DNA of 64,000 nt from the NCBI GenBank assembly GCA_965655095.1, contig OZ296649.1, forward strand, positions 36,518,001 to 36,582,000. Reading direction: 5' to 3'. Below the pieces are notes generated by a model, which saw nothing but the letters and a program-made list of their open reading frames with translations, ran no database searches and was not told where the DNA came from. This DNA comes from Haplodiscus bocki. Taxonomy: Eukaryota. Positions 62,601 through 64,000 of this stretch are shown here, piece by piece (positions within the stretch are counted from its first letter, which is position 1; every line of letters begins with the position of its first letter). The position numbers were made by a program, and so were the translations under genes.

Positions 62601-64000
62601 TTCATGCAACATGATATTTGCCGCGCGTAGACATTGTGCTCATTGCTATCAGTTCAAGTTAGTTGATTTAATTAACTTGGCATTTGCCGATTGTAATCTT
62701 TGCATTTGTTACTGAATTTCTAATACATTAACAACAGTTTATATTATGTGCTATCACCCATTCTTCGAGTGCTATTTGACGCTCTAACTCACGCGACATC
62801 TGACTTAAGTCACTTCTTACTTCCTCATAGTTTATTAAGCTTATGTATCTAATTATTCTACATATACCGATTGGACCATAAACACTGTACAGATGAGTTG
62901 AGTCTCCGGATTGAACAGACACGGATCTACGGCCAAGTTGTATCTGAATTTGATCATAAATTCACTTGTAGCTTCTTTGGAACTCTGCATCAAAGTTGCA
63001 GCTCTCAACAGTGGAGAGGATAGCGCGTTAAGAATTTCGTGAAAAGTACCTACATTACAGCTCTTTACACTCTTAAAAACTAAGCCTTTTTTAGCAAAGG
63101 GTCCAAAATGTTCTGAGCGGGAATAAGGAACGGCGTAAAGTCTGATTTCACCTAAGACAGAGTCGAGTCAAGCAGCCGTAACAACGGTTTTCTGGAGACT
63201 ATTGTTTGGGTGTTGTCACTTCACAGCTGACTGGACTAAGTGCTGTCCGGAGAATCCATAGAGGTGTTGGGATGGTCTGGCCCATATTTTTCTGGCAGTA
63301 TATTTTAGCTGAGAATAGGCACATCACAGGAATTCCTAGTTGGGTCTTTTGTCAAATGTCGTTGTATTTGAAGCTGGAGTTCTGATTGCAGCTATCCTGT
63401 AGTATGTCGATTTTTAGCTTCCTGAATGTCCTGTGGAGTGGCCGGAAGTAACTTCATTCTTTCGGTGATGTTTTTGGACTTAAAATTGAAAATTAAACGT
63501 TTTTGCTTTGGTTGATAATCAAATCTTTCTATATTTTTAGTGTCTGTTTTGGGCAACCCGGTGTTGTTTCAATTACTTGCGGACTACTCTTGTGGAAACA
63601 CACGCTGTAACTGTTTCATGTTTTCGGTTTGCAGAATTGAAACTTATAAGTAAAGAATCTGTGATGTTTTTAGTTGTCTCGTTCGTTGAAATGGTTTCTC
63701 CTGAAGACCAGCGCTCCGATTGAAAACCTGTGCTGATTCGATTTTTCGTTATCCAGTAGTCCTCCAGAGTGGAAGGCTTTGATTGTTAATTTTCAACTGA
63801 GTCGCAAAATTTTGTTGTGTATTTGGAAAAGTAACGTTTTCAATTGCGTCTTCCGTTGGAAGTGTTTTCTCAGTGACTACTGGTCCAGTTTTCATTTCAT
63901 CCAGCACTGATTCAACAACTTGTTTCTGGGAATCTAGGACAAGCTGCCCGGACGGCAATCTACCATCTTTATTGCCGAATATCCCAATCCGTGTTCTAAA

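Noticed and set aside
61795-64000. Minus-strand ORF fragments and possible LTR-like sequence after the array
   Set aside because: Possibly a decayed retroelement, but I could not identify a diagnostic motif, paired LTR or PBS.

Overview
AT-rich eukaryotic (probably invertebrate animal) genomic DNA. 1-11 kb is host sequence containing a probable CACTA-like non-autonomous transposon, a decayed LINE on the minus strand, and a coding exon of an ASPP/RASSF-like RA-domain gene. Downstream of that exon's splice donor is a full-length but decayed 17.8-kb Polinton/Maverick (adintovirus-like endogenous virus, 11062-28875). It has AGTAGT termini, a perfect 6-bp TSD (CACATC), and the core genes: packaging ATPase, integrase, penton, major capsid, adenain protease, and a protein-primed DNA polymerase B interrupted by an intron. 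Two unexpected cargo genes lie next to the termini. At the left end is a membrane-anchored EGF/TGF-alpha-like ligand. At the right end is a highly diverged ribosomal protein uS5 (RPS2) homologue whose ORF is intact. After insertion the right end was amplified: one 6.2-kb-period duplication with a templated-insertion junction, and a nine-unit tandem array of about 2.8-3.7 kb per unit (33266-61794). Each unit carries the uS5-like gene, the right TIR, the TSD and host flank. In total there are ten uS5-like copies, two with intact ORFs. All protein assignments come from motif recognition by eye, not database searches.
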